Assembly: GCA_029557215.1 (NCBI GenBank)
Contig: JAKPQQ010000215.1
Location: 3,875-67,874, forward strand
Reading direction: 5' to 3'
DNA: 64,000 nucleotides
Source: Fibrobacterota bacterium
GTDB taxonomy: Bacteria > Fibrobacterota > Fibrobacteria > UBA5070
Shown: positions 38,955 through 49,100 of the stretch, piece after piece
Layout: every line of letters begins with the position of its first letter
Position numbering within the stretch: the stretch's first letter is position 1
Program-made: the position numbers and the translations under genes
The notes under the pieces: generated by a model
What the model was told of the DNA's origin: nothing
What the model saw: the letters and a program-made list of their open reading frames with translations, nothing else
The model's database searches: none

Positions 38955-40517
38955 CTACAGCCAGCGCACCACCACGTCGCCGTGTTGCTCGCGGAGCAAG
39001 CGCTCTTCCCACGGCATCTCCCGACCCGCCGGGGTGCGATCGAAGATCGCCAGCGTCTGCGTCGCGTCGCGACCCACCTTGTCGGCGTAGCGCGCGATCT
39101 GCTTCAAACCCTTCTCCAGAGTGGTCGCACGGCCATCGCGGAGGTGCACCAGCTTGATCTCGATGATGTGCTTGAAGCCCTTCCACTCGATCAGCATGTC
39201 GATCCGCTCGCGTCCCACCGCCGCCTCGCGCGTGAGCTTCGCGCCTCCGTTCAAAACACGCTGGAAGAAGGCCATCAGCAGCAGGTGAGGGAACACTTCC
39301 GTATAGTCGGACTTCTGCTCCCACAGATCGCCATTGCGACGCCAGAAGTCCGCGAACTCGTCGAAGAGGGTTTCCATGTCCAGATCGCCGTCGTCCTTCC
39401 GCCACTTGAACTCGGGGGCCGGGATCGCCAATTGCTGCCCGTAGTTCAGGGTGCGGATGAGAACCTCGCGGTAGATGGGGTTGGCGATGCACGGAACGCC
39501 GTCTTCGAGCGTGACCAATCCCAGATCCAGGCACAGACGGAATTCGTCCCCTTCTGCCATGGTAGGATCCGATGCCCCGGCCAGGATGGGCTGCACCACG
39601 TGCTTCACCTTCGGGTCGCGCAGCCGCTCGGCCAGGCTGTCGATATGCACCGCCCGGCTCTTGATGAGCACTTCCTTGGCCGCCTCGATGTGGTCGGCAG
39701 TAACGGGGGAACCGTCGAGGACAAGCTTCGTGACGCTCAGGTCGGCAAGGGTATTCACCAGCCAAGGCTGGCCACCGGTGAGGCGAAACACCTCGGACAG
39801 GGCCTCGTCGGTAAAAATCTGTCCTGTCGCCTCCGTGTGTTGCCCAAGCAATTCGCGGACTTCCGCTTCGGTGAAGTTCCGAAGGGTGTAGGACTCCTTC
39901 TTGATGTTGAAGGGCGATCCCGGATTGAGCGCGACGCCATCCTTGCTGTGGACCAGATAATCCTTGAGATCCCGCATTCCCACCAACGCGACGCTCGTGG
40001 GAAAGCGCCCCACGCCGCGGCTGGCGAACCCTCCGCTCAACTGGCGCAGGAAGCTGATCAAGGTGGGGCCGGAAAGGGTGTCCACCTCGTCGAACAGGAT
40101 CACCAACGGCTTGGGGGCGCACAGCTCGGCCCACTCCTTGATCGTCGCCGTCAGCTGGATGGCGGGGTCGGAGCCAGCTGGGGATTTCGATGGAACCGGT
40201 ACGCAAAAATCACCCGCATAGTTGCGGATCGCGCTACAGATCGCAGGCATAGCCAGCGACAAATCCTCGATCCCCTGGCACGCCTCGACGCTCACGTAGC
40301 AGGCCACCACCTGTTCCGAAGCGTTGAGGGTGCGCATCCACGACATCAGAAAGCTCGTCTTGCCCGTCTGGCGCGGCGCGTGCAGAACCCAATAGAGCTC
40401 CTTGTCGATCAGCCGCTGCAAGTCGGCCTTGGGGAGACGCGCTTCGGGAGGAAGCATATAGTGCATCTCCGGACGGCACGGACCCGTGGTGTTGAATTCC
40501 TTCGACGAGGTGGTCAT
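38955..40517 (-). CDS. AAA_35-like ATPase with C-terminal PD-(D/E)xK-like nuclease region
   Basis: 'FNTTGPC', 'HAPRQTGKTS', 'LFDEVD', 'GSPFNI', 'TGGQPWLVN', 'AFFQRVLNGG..TRE....RIDMLI.....IIEIK', 'GLKQIARY'. Confidence 0.85.
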   Translation of the reverse strand: MTTSSKEFNTTGPCRPEMHYMLPPEARLPKADLQRLIDKELYWVLHAPRQTGKTSFLMSWMRTLNASEQVVACYVSVEACQGIEDLSLAMPAICSAIRNYAGDFCVPVPSKSPAGSDPAIQLTATIKEWAELCAPKPLVILFDEVDTLSGPTLISFLRQLSGGFASRGVGRFPTSVALVGMRDLKDYLVHSKDGVALNPGSPFNIKKESYTLRNFTEAEVRELLGQHTEATGQIFTDEALSEVFRLTGGQPWLVNTLADLSVTKLVLDGSPVTADHIEAAKEVLIKSRAVHIDSLAERLRDPKVKHVVQPILAGASDPTMAEGDEFRLCLDLGLVTLEDGVPCIANPIYREVLIRTLNYGQQLAIPAPEFKWRKDDGDLDMETLFDEFADFWRRNGDLWEQKSDYTEVFPHLLLMAFFQRVLNGGAKLTREAAVGRERIDMLIEWKGFKHIIEIKLVHLRDGRATTLEKGLKQIARYADKVGRDATQTLAIFDRTPAGREMPWEERLLREQHGDVVVRWL

Positions 40518-40690
40518 GGGTTCAATCTAGGTTCTGCGATTGGCACCTACATGGGCGCCTGCCCGTGCTGCACTCGGGCACCGGGTGCTGCTCGACTCGC
40601 TGGTTGGCTCGCTGGTTGAGACGGCGATTCCAGGTGCGCACGCGATCGAAGGCGTTGCGGGTCGCCCGGCGGCGGGTGCCGCACATCCGT

Positions 40691-40714
40691 GTAGGGGCGA
40701 TTCACGAATCGCCC
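40691..40714 (+). repeat. GTAG-type REP palindrome
   Basis: GTAG-GGGCGATTC-AC-GAATCGCCC: GTAG tetranucleotide followed by a 9-bp palindromic stem, the layout of RAYT/TnpA-REP substrates. Confidence 0.7.
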
Positions 40715-40795
40715 GTGGACGGATGCGGCACCGACCGGAGGGAAGCCCGGAGGAGGGCGGCCCCGCCAGGGTTGGCGCCCCAACGATGCGTCAGA

Positions 40796-41079
40796 TCAGC
40801 TGTCCCACCCATATCCAACACGGCCAGGAACGCTTCCTGCGGGACTTCCACCGATCCGATGGACTTCATCCGCTTCTTGCCTTCCTTCTGCTTCTCCAGC
40901 AGCTTGCGCTTGCGCGAGACTTGCCTGACGGGTCTATCGTGGATGCAGCCGAAGGGAAGAGGATCCGCCGCCGTACGTTTTGGTACGGCAAGCGATCCGA
41001 TGACAAAGGATGCGCCGCGAGAGACCTGTCAGGTGTCGCCGCCGTAGCACTTGGACGTTACGTCCTGGCGCAGCGCCTT
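40796..41079 (-). pseudogene. Tandem duplicate of the lepA 3' end, interrupted by a 114-bp insertion
   Basis: 40804-40914 is identical to lepA 41089-41199 (111 bp); 41035-41079 matches lepA 41206-41250 with 4 mismatches; translates KALRQDVTSKCYGGD / [11 protein letters not shown]...DMGG. Confidence 0.9.
40921..41034. mobile_element. MITE-like 114-bp palindromic element
   Basis: Terminal inverted repeats CCTGACGGGTCT (40924-40935) / AGACCTGTCAGG (41022-41033), 11/12 match; nested stems GGATC..GATCC and GCCGTAC-GTTTTG-GTACGGC. Confidence 0.65.
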
Positions 41080-41082
41080 TGG

Positions 41083-42891
41083 TCAGTCCCCACCCATATC
41101 CAACACGGCCAGGAACGCTTCCTGCGGGACTTCCACCGATCCGATGGACTTCATCCGCTTCTTGCCTTCCTTCTGCTTCTCCAGCAGCTTGCGCTTGCGG
41201 CTGATGTCGCCGCCGTAGCACTTGGCGGTCACGTCCTTGCGCAGCGCCTTCACGGTGGTGCGCGCGATGATCTTGTTGGCCAGCGCCGCCTGCACGGCGA
41301 TGTCGAACTGCTGGCGCGGGATCAGCTCCTTGAGCTTCTCGCAGAGCGCCAGGCCGTAGCTGAAGGCCTTCTCGCGATGGATGATCACGCTGAACGCGTC
41401 GACCGGATCGCCGTTGAGAAGGATGTCCAGGCGGTTGAGGTCGCCCTCGCGGTAGCCGATGGGTTCGTAGTCCAGGGAAGCGTATCCCTTGGTCGCGCTC
41501 TTGAGGCGGTCGAAGAAGTCGAACATGACTTCGCCCATGGGAAGTTCGAACTCCAGCGTCACCTGTTCTTCCGAGATGTAGTTGGTGTTCAGGTAGACGC
41601 CGCGCTTCTCGTTGCAGAGCTTGTGGATGTTCCCGATGTATTCGGCCGGCGTGAAGATCTGCGCCTTGATCCAGGGTTCGGCCAGCGAGTCGATCGCGTT
41701 CGGGGGCGGCAGCTGCGAGGGGTTGTCCACCTCGACCATCGTTCCGTCGGTCTTGGTCACGTGGTATTCCACGCCGGGAGCGGTGGTGATGATGTTCATG
41801 TTGAATTCGCGATCCAACCGCTCCTGCACGACTTCCATGTGCAAGAGTCCCAGGAAGCCGCAGCGGAATCCGAATCCGAGCGCCCCCGAGCTTTCGGGAA
41901 CGAAGGAGATGGCGCTGTCGTTGAGCTGGAGCTTTTCCAGCGATTCGCGCAGCTCGGAGTAGTCGTCCGGGTCCACCGGGTACAATCCGGCGAACACCAT
42001 CGGCTTGACCTCGCGGTAGCCGGGAAGGGGCTCTTCTGCCGGACGCGCCATGTCGGTGAGGGTGTCGCCGGTCTTGATGTCCGACAGATTCCGGACGTTG
42101 CCCACCAGGTAGCCGACCTCGCCGGCCGACAGTTCGTCGCACGGCACGCGGGTGCGCGTGAGGATGCCGATCTCGATGGCGTCGTATTCCCCGCCGGAAC
42201 GCATGTAGCGAAGCTTCATGCCCTTCTTGAGCGTGCCTTCCACCACGCGCACGTAGGCGATGCCGCCGCGGTAGCTGTCGTAGACCGAATCGAACACGAA
42301 GGCGCGAAGGGGCTTCTCGCGCTCGGCCTTGGGGGCCGGGAAGAACTCGACGATCTTTTCCAGCAGCTCGGTGATCCCGATGCCGGCCTTGGCCGAGACC
42401 CGGGGGATCTCGTCGGGATCGAATCCGATCAGCTCGCCGACCTGCTTGGCGAAGAGGTCGGGCTGCGCGGAAGGCAGGTCGATCTTGTTCAGGATGGGCA
42501 GGATCTCGAGATCCGCGCCCATGGCCAGATACAGATTGGAGATCGTCTGGGCCTGGATTCCCTGGGTGGCATCCACCACCAGGATGGCGCCTTCGCACGC
42601 CCGCAGGCTGCGCGAGACTTCGTAGGTGAAGTCCACGTGGCCCGGCGTGTCGATGAGGTTCAGGTAGAACGTCTCGCCCTTGTGCTCGTGCACCAGGCGG
42701 ATCGCCTTGGACTTGATCGTGATGCCGCGTTCGCGCTCCAGATCCATGCTGTCCAACAGCTGGGCCTGCATGTCGCGTTTTTGCACCGTGCCCGTGTTTT
42801 CGAGCAGTCGGTCGGCCAACGTCGACTTGCCGTGGTCGATGTGGGCGATGATGCAGAAGTTGCGGATCCGCGCTGGTTCGGGTCGATTCAT
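41083..42891 (-). CDS. lepA: Translation elongation factor 4 (LepA)
   Basis: '[20 protein letters not shown]', 'ERERGITIK', 'DTPGHVDF', 'NKID', '[11 protein letters not shown]', '[26 protein letters not shown]'. Confidence 0.98.
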   Translation of the reverse strand: MNRPEPARIRNFCIIAHIDHGKSTLADRLLENTGTVQKRDMQAQLLDSMDLERERGITIKSKAIRLVHEHKGETFYLNLIDTPGHVDFTYEVSRSLRACEGAILVVDATQGIQAQTISNLYLAMGADLEILPILNKIDLPSAQPDLFAKQVGELIGFDPDEIPRVSAKAGIGITELLEKIVEFFPAPKAEREKPLRAFVFDSVYDSYRGGIAYVRVVEGTLKKGMKLRYMRSGGEYDAIEIGILTRTRVPCDELSAGEVGYLVGNVRNLSDIKTGDTLTDMARPAEEPLPGYREVKPMVFAGLYPVDPDDYSELRESLEKLQLNDSAISFVPESSGALGFGFRCGFLGLLHMEVVQERLDREFNMNIITTAPGVEYHVTKTDGTMVEVDNPSQLPPPNAIDSLAEPWIKAQIFTPAEYIGNIHKLCNEKRGVYLNTNYISEEQVTLEFELPMGEVMFDFFDRLKSATKGYASLDYEPIGYREGDLNRLDILLNGDPVDAFSVIIHREKAFSYGLALCEKLKELIPRQQFDIAVQAALANKIIARTTVKALRKDVTAKCYGGDISRKRKLLEKQKEGKKRMKSIGSVEVPQEAFLAVLDMGGD

Positions 42892-43004
42892 AAGCCGCTG
42901 AAAGGTAGTCTCTTGACCATCCCCCAGCCTTCGCTTGCTCCAACCCACCCCCCCGCCCGCCCTACCAGGGCGGGAGCCGGTTCACAGGCCCTGCTCTGCC
43001 ACCG

Positions 43005-45077
43005 CTAGTCGGCGATCAGGAGCCTTCCGCGGGTGACGCCTGCGGTGCCGCGCCAGACGTACATGTACACACCCGGTCGCACCATCCTGTTTTCGCGGTT
43101 GCGCAGATCCCAGACGACTTCCGTTTCGCCCACCTGCGGGACGATTTCCCGTACCAGGCCGCCGTCGGATGCCAGGATGTCCAGCCGCTCGGAACCCTTG
43201 ATCCCCGACACGGGAAAACGGATCGCTTCGCCTTGCCGGGAAGGATTGGGCCGCGGTTCGAGCACCTTGGCCCGCGGTGCGACCGCGCTGCCGAACAGCA
43301 CCCTCACCGGCCGGGACAGATCCAGCTCGCCCAAGGCGATGGTGGTCGATCCATCCGACTCGGAAACGGCCACGGGAGTCCATTTTCCGTCGCCGGTCCC
43401 GATGAACGCGTTGGATGCGCCCATCCCCTGCATGCGCAAAGCGGCGTTCTTCAGGACCAGGACGCGATCGGCGTCTTCCAGCACGATGGCATGGCCTCCC
43501 GCGGCACCCGCCACCGATGCTCCGAACGGATCCTTGGACGCGGATGGCTTCCAGACATCCAGATGCAACAACGGTGTCGCCGCGGCTTCGGTCCGCGACT
43601 CTCCCATCAGGACCGGGCCCGCCGGCGAGCTCCACGTCCATCCCTGGCCCGCATGCGCGGGAACGCGCACCGGCGCGGCGATCTGGCTCCAGTAGGACCG
43701 CGAAGATTCGTCGCTGGACTGGGCGCGCAAGGCCACCGGATTCCCTGGATTGGCGAAGGCCCAGGCGGAACGGGTCGCATCGGCGGCAGAATAACGCACA
43801 GAACCGGTATGCCAGGAAACGAAGTTCCCCAGAGGCGAGGTCCTGGCCCACCCCATGACGGCGCCTGGATCGGGAATCCACACGAGCAGCCGATCCTCCC
43901 TCGGGCGGAGGGTGTCCACCAGGATCTGGAATCCCCCGAGCGGCAGAGGCAACTCCGTCGTGGCATCCTGCTTGGTCAGGATCTCCGACAGGATCGGGAA
44001 TTGCGCGGCATCCGGATACGGCGAAAACCCGGCAGGCCTCCAGGTCGAACGCTTGCCCGTCAAGGCCAACCGCATTGCGTTGCGGACCAGCTGCGAATCG
44101 AAGCTTCCCCCGCGAAGCGCCAGCACGTTGCGCAGGCTCGCGAGGAAATTCGGCGGTTGCGAAGCCTCGACCTTGCGCGATTCCCAAAGCTCGCGAACCA
44201 CCCCGTCGCCAAGATCCGTCATCATTCCGCGGACGAACCACCCGTGGGGGTACCCCTGTTCCTTGATTCCGGTCGGAAAGGGCGACAAGCTGCCGACGCG
44301 GGACAACGCGGACGAAAACTGCAGATAGTCGCGACTTTCCGGCGCGACCCTGTTTTCCAGGGCGACCGCCGATGCCTCGTGGAATCCGTGGCGATCGAGA
44401 TGGACTTCGTAGTTGAACTGGACGGCGTGGAACAACTCGTGGGCGCAGGTGGCTCGAGTGGCCTCGGCCCAATCGACACCGTAGTCGAGTCGGATGGTCG
44501 CCCCATCGAGGTCCCGAACCAGCGAGGGCCTCCAGGGTCCGAAGGTCGTCAGGTTCGCCGCCAACGCCAGAAGGCTCCGACCTTGCCAGCCATCCGGATA
44601 CGCGATCCCGAAATATTTGCCGGTCAGGTTCAACGCGGCGGCCACGTCCAGGAACTCCACCGGGTACTTCCCCGGCGGGACGGCTTTGGTCCAGTGGTAG
44701 GAATTCGCCGAAGCCTTGGGTGGAAGGTACCCCAGGGTATCCACGAAGACCCGCCAGGAATGCTCCAACGCATCCGCCGCCACGCGGACGATCCCGGGAA
44801 TGCTGTCGTCGGTCACGCCATCCTGGGTCTTGAGCGGGAGCGCCGCGCTTCCTTGGATGTTGTGGACCGCTTCCGTTCCCGTCGACCTGGTGGTCCACCA
44901 GATCACGAAATGCTCGGTCTGGTAGGACTCGACGACCGCCGCCGCTTGTCTTGGAGCCAGAAGCGATGCGCTACGGAGTTGCTGAAGTCGCGGCATCCGG
45001 TCGACGATGTCCGGCAACGCGCAACGCCGGACTTCGCCCGAAACCCAGGCGAGGATGGTGAGCAGGAAGATCACCAC
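43005..45077 (-). CDS. Secreted putative zinc metalloprotease (HELFH) with C-terminal FlgD-Ig/T9SS-like domain
   Basis: Signal peptide; 'TEHFVIWW', 'TCAHELFHAVQFNY....FHEASA' (HExxH plus downstream E); C-terminus 'PRPNP..LDI...GGLVR...WD..N....V.PGVY'. Confidence 0.75.
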   Translation of the reverse strand: MVIFLLTILAWVSGEVRRCALPDIVDRMPRLQQLRSASLLAPRQAAAVVESYQTEHFVIWWTTRSTGTEAVHNIQGSAALPLKTQDGVTDDSIPGIVRVAADALEHSWRVFVDTLGYLPPKASANSYHWTKAVPPGKYPVEFLDVAAALNLTGKYFGIAYPDGWQGRSLLALAANLTTFGPWRPSLVRDLDGATIRLDYGVDWAEATRATCAHELFHAVQFNYEVHLDRHGFHEASAVALENRVAPESRDYLQFSSALSRVGSLSPFPTGIKEQGYPHGWFVRGMMTDLGDGVVRELWESRKVEASQPPNFLASLRNVLALRGGSFDSQLVRNAMRLALTGKRSTWRPAGFSPYPDAAQFPILSEILTKQDATTELPLPLGGFQILVDTLRPREDRLLVWIPDPGAVMGWARTSPLGNFVSWHTGSVRYSAADATRSAWAFANPGNPVALRAQSSDESSRSYWSQIAAPVRVPAHAGQGWTWSSPAGPVLMGESRTEAAATPLLHLDVWKPSASKDPFGASVAGAAGGHAIVLEDADRVLVLKNAALRMQGMGASNAFIGTGDGKWTPVAVSESDGSTTIALGELDLSRPVRVLFGSAVAPRAKVLEPRPNPSRQGEAIRFPVSGIKGSERLDILASDGGLVREIVPQVGETEVVWDLRNRENRMVRPGVYMYVWRGTAGVTRGRLLIAD

Positions 45078-45146
45078 CTACATGGTACAAACAGAAGCTC
45101 CGAACGTCCGTCGGAATCGGCGCCCCAGTCGTTACATTGGATAGCG

Positions 45147-46019
45147 ATGATAGGTGTCTTCGATTCCGGCTTCGGGGGTCTGACGGTGTTGGACGCTCTG
45201 ATCGAGCGTCTGCCGAGGCACGATTTCCTGTACCTTTCCGACAACGCTCGAGCGCCTTACGGTGCGCGCAGTCCGGAAGTCGTCCAGAGATTCACCCTGG
45301 AAGCCGTGGAATGGCTGTTCGAGCAAGGGTGCCCGCTGGTGGTCCTGGCCTGCAACACGGCTTCGGCCCGGGCCCTGCGGACCATCCAACTCAAGCATCT
45401 GCCCCGGCACCGCGCCGATCGACGCGTTCTGGGAGTGGTCCGTCCATCCGCCGAAGCCCTGGCCGGCCTTCCTCCCGGAACGATCCCGGGCCTGACACCA
45501 CCGTCCCAGATCGACGGCATCGTCGCCGTGCTGGGAACGGAAACGACCATTTCTTCCGACGCCTACGGGATCGAACTGCGCAAACTCGCTCCGCGCCTGC
45601 GCCTGATCCAGCAATCCTGCCCCTTGTGGGTCCCGCTGGTGGAGGCCGGAGAAACAGAAGGTCCCGGCACCGAATGGTTCCTGCATCGTTATCTGGATCC
45701 CCTGCTGGAGCGCCCCGATCCACCTCGGAGAATCTTGCTAGGTTGTACTCATTACCCACTGCTTCTGGACGGAATCCGGCGCATCGTACCTCCCGGGATC
45801 GAAGTGCTTGCCCAAGGAGGGTTGGTGGCGGAGCGTCTGGCGGACTGGCTTCGCAGGCATCCCGAGATGGATGTCCGGCTTGGCAAGGAAGGTCGGCGCA
45901 GATTCGCCACCACCGACGATCCGGCTTGGTTCGCCTCCAACGCAGCGCGGTTCTTGAAGCATCCAGTCGAAGCGTTCCAAGCGCACCTGAAATACTACGA
46001 GAAAGGACATTGGGAATGA
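45147..46019 (+). CDS. murI: Glutamate racemase
   Basis: 'IGVFDSGFGGLTV', 'D.ARAPYG', 'LACNTAS', 'LGCTHYP'. Confidence 0.95.
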   Translation: MIGVFDSGFGGLTVLDALIERLPRHDFLYLSDNARAPYGARSPEVVQRFTLEAVEWLFEQGCPLVVLACNTASARALRTIQLKHLPRHRADRRVLGVVRPSAEALAGLPPGTIPGLTPPSQIDGIVAVLGTETTISSDAYGIELRKLAPRLRLIQQSCPLWVPLVEAGETEGPGTEWFLHRYLDPLLERPDPPRRILLGCTHYPLLLDGIRRIVPPGIEVLAQGGLVAERLADWLRRHPEMDVRLGKEGRRRFATTDDPAWFASNAARFLKHPVEAFQAHLKYYEKGHWE

Positions 46020-46051
46020 CGAGCAATTGTTGTTATGTTTGCCTTTCTCCC

Positions 46052-46125
46052 GCGCTCGTGGCGCAATTGGATAGCGCGTCGCCCTCCGAAGGCGAAGGTT
46101 GTGGGTTCGACCCCCGCCGAGCGCA
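46052..46125 (+). tRNA. tRNA-Arg (anticodon CCG), CCA not encoded
   Basis: Acceptor GCGCTCG/CGAGCGC-A; D arm GCGC-AATTGGATA-GCGC; anticodon stem TCGCC/GGCGA with loop CT-CCG-AA; T loop GGTTCGAC. Confidence 0.95.
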
Positions 46126-46134
46126 TAGGACGGA

Positions 46135-49100
46135 ATGCTTATGAGGTTCGAGACTCGCGCTGTCGGGGTCTTCGAAGTCCTCTCCGTCCAACTGGTGGCC
46201 GATGAAGTCTTCGACGCAGGCCGCCTCCGCCAGGAAACCCTCCGACTCGTCGAGAGGGGTTCCCGGCGCATCATCATCGATCTTGGCGGCGTGGAATACC
46301 TGTACTCGGACTCCATCAACGCTCTTGTCGCCCTGAACCGGCGCATGCTGGAAAGCAGCGGCCGGATGGGCATCCTGGTGCCGCACCCCAAGGTCTACGA
46401 CATCCTGGTGCGGGCCGGGCTGGAAAACATCATGCGGCTCTACCGTTCGGAAGCCGAACTGCAGAGCGATTCCCGCGAACTCATGCGCCAGTCGTCGGCC
46501 TGGACGCGACCGGCCGAACTGCTTTCCGCGGCCACCGCCTCGCAGATGGTCTCGCCGACCACCTTGGCCCCCAAGAATCCGGGCGACCTGCGGGACGCGG
46601 CGAGCGCCAGCCAACGCATCCCGCGCCGACGCGTCGGATCGCGCGTGGAAGTCAAATCCCGTCGCCGAGGCGGACGAGGGCTCGACCAGGATCCCGTCGG
46701 GCCCGATTTCCAGCTGCCTCCGCAGCTGCCGGTGCTCCCCAGCGAATCGTCCACCTTGCGGGCGTTGTCGCAGGATTCGTCGTCGTTCGAGCATTCGCCT
46801 CCTCCCCGACCGGGAAGAACGCCCCCTCCCGCGCCCGCGCAACCCAAGTCGGCCAGCGAAGCCACGGTGTTCCATATTCCGGACAGCTCCCAGCACGACG
46901 GTTATTCCACCGACGCCTGGTTGCTCTCCCTGACCTCGCAGCAAGAGCCGCCCTCGCCTTCGGCTTCGCAGATGGTCGCGCAGGAGATCGCCGCCGACAG
47001 CTCGAGCTTCCTTCCCAAGGTCGCTCCCGGCCAGCCTCCGCTCCAAGACGCGCCATCGCAATTTTCCGCCGAATTCCGATGGGACGATTCGGCGATCCAT
47101 CCGGTCGACACGCCATCCACGCCTCCTCCGGCACCTCGCGGGTACGCGCCTCCGCCCCAAGCCTACCAGCCACCCCCGCAGACCTACGCCCCACCGCCGG
47201 CGCAAGCATCTCCGTGGACATCCGGACAGCAGCCGCACCCGGCACAGCCCCAAGCTCCGCAGAACCGGCAAGCCAGCCAGGCCGAATCGCCGTTCCTGAA
47301 CGACCCACGCTCGTCCTACCACGACGTCCCCAGCGCCCACTCGTCGGCCGGCTCACCGGGGTCCGCGTCCGGCGTCAATCCTCGTTCCTCCGTCAGCGAT
47401 CCTTGGCAGCCGCCTCCGTTCCAGCCACTGCCTCCCGATCAGGACATCCGTTCGGCGATCTTCTACGACCACGCGCCTCCGCCGGCCCCGAACCCGCCTC
47501 CCGCGCCCAAAGACGCGGCGTGGTCCGATCCGACCATGGTCATGCCGACGCAGGCACCGGAAGCTCGTCGCCAGGCATCGCCGGCTTCGTCGGGAGCCCA
47601 CCAGATTCCGGTCCCTCCGCCCGCGGCCGCGCGTTCCGGAGCCTCGGCGATGGACAGCTGGTTCGGTGGACAGCCCGCGACCCAGCCTCCCCCTGCCCCT
47701 CCCGCTCCACGGGCGGCGGCCTCCAGCACTTCGGTCCACTCGGCTGCGGCGAGCCACACACACACCTCGCTCCCCACCCAACAGCAACCCGATCTGGGAA
47801 GCTGGTTCGACAACGGAACACCCGCGCCGGCACCGGCACCCAGGCCCGCGCCGCCACAACCCGCTCCGCGTTCGCAAGCTTCGGCGACGGATAGCTGGAT
47901 CTCGCAACCCTCGAGCGCCCCACCCCCCTCGCCCAGATCGGCGCCTCCCGCTCCCCGATCCAACCCCTCGGCCCAGGACAGCTGGATTTCGCAGTCGCCG
48001 GCATCCGCCAGACCGGCTCCCAAATCGGGGTTCACGCCAAAGCCCGCTCCCGTGCCGACACCGGCACCCAAACCGGCGGCATCGCCTCTGGACAGTTGGA
48101 TCACGCAATCGCCGGTGGCAGAAAAACCCGCCCCGCGATCGACGCAGCATCATCCTGCGCCGTCTCCCGCGCGCGCGGCCGAACCCACCGCCGCCCAGGA
48201 CAGCTGGATCACGCCATCACCGGCGGCGTCTCCCAAGTCCAGCCCAAAGAGGTCATCGCCCAAGGATTCCCCGGTCGGCGGAACCGCTTGGAACGATCCA
48301 TCCCCTCGACAGGGCTCGAAGCGTCCTCCTCCGGCAACCAAACCTCCATCCTCCTTCGTGGATCTCGACGATCTCGATGCCGAGGAACCGTCCCGCAGGA
48401 GTCCGCTGCTGTTGGCGCTCATCGCGCTCGCGGTGGTCGCGATCATCGGGTTGGGGATTTTCTTCCTGGGCGGGGCCAAGAAGAACGCGACGGATGTTCC
48501 TCCAGGAACCACCTCCACCGATTCCTCCTCGGTGGAGGCCGCACCGCCGCCTCCCGCCGAAGAAGCTCCGGTCGCCGAAACCGCCGAAGAAGTGGCAGCG
48601 CCGGAGCCTGTCGAAGAAAAGGTCGTCCAGAAGCCAGAGCCAAAAAAATCCAAACCGGAACCGAAGAAGACCGCGAGCAAGGAGACGAAAAAGCCTCCTC
48701 CGGCGCCGGTGGCACCCGCCCCGGCTCCCGAGGAGGAACACTCTCCGATCAAGGTCTTCGTGACTTCGCGCCCTTCGGGTGCGACGCTGTTCCTGGACGG
48801 ATCCAAGACGTGCAAGACCCCTTGCGAGGTCACCGTCCGCCGCAGGGGACAGCTGGAATTCAATCTGGCCGGCTACCGCAAGCAGACCAAGGCCGTGGAC
48901 CCGGAAGAAACCCGCGGCACGATCAACGTCCAACTCGTGCCCGACGGCGGCGGAAGCGGAGTCGGGAAGATCTACCTCACCAGCGCGCCCACCAACGCGG
49001 AAATCGTGGTCGCCGGAAAGGTGGTGGGCAAGACACCGCGCATGGTCGAACTCCCCGTGGGTTCGCAAAAAGTGACCGTGCGTTCCGGAGTGCTTTCCCG

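Noticed and set aside
41028-41034. In-frame TGA followed by a hairpin as a selenocysteine/SECIS signal
   Set aside because: Lies in a start-less lepA fragment at a non-Cys position, and the TGA is part of the element's inverted repeat
40804-41199. 111-bp repeat pair as a diversity-generating retroelement TR/VR
   Set aside because: Copies are identical, flanking mismatches are not adenine-specific, the target is lepA, and no reverse transcriptase is in the window
46052-46140. tRNA-Arg as an island integration site
   Set aside because: No duplicate of the tRNA 3' end and no integrase seen in the window; the next gene starts 10 bp downstream
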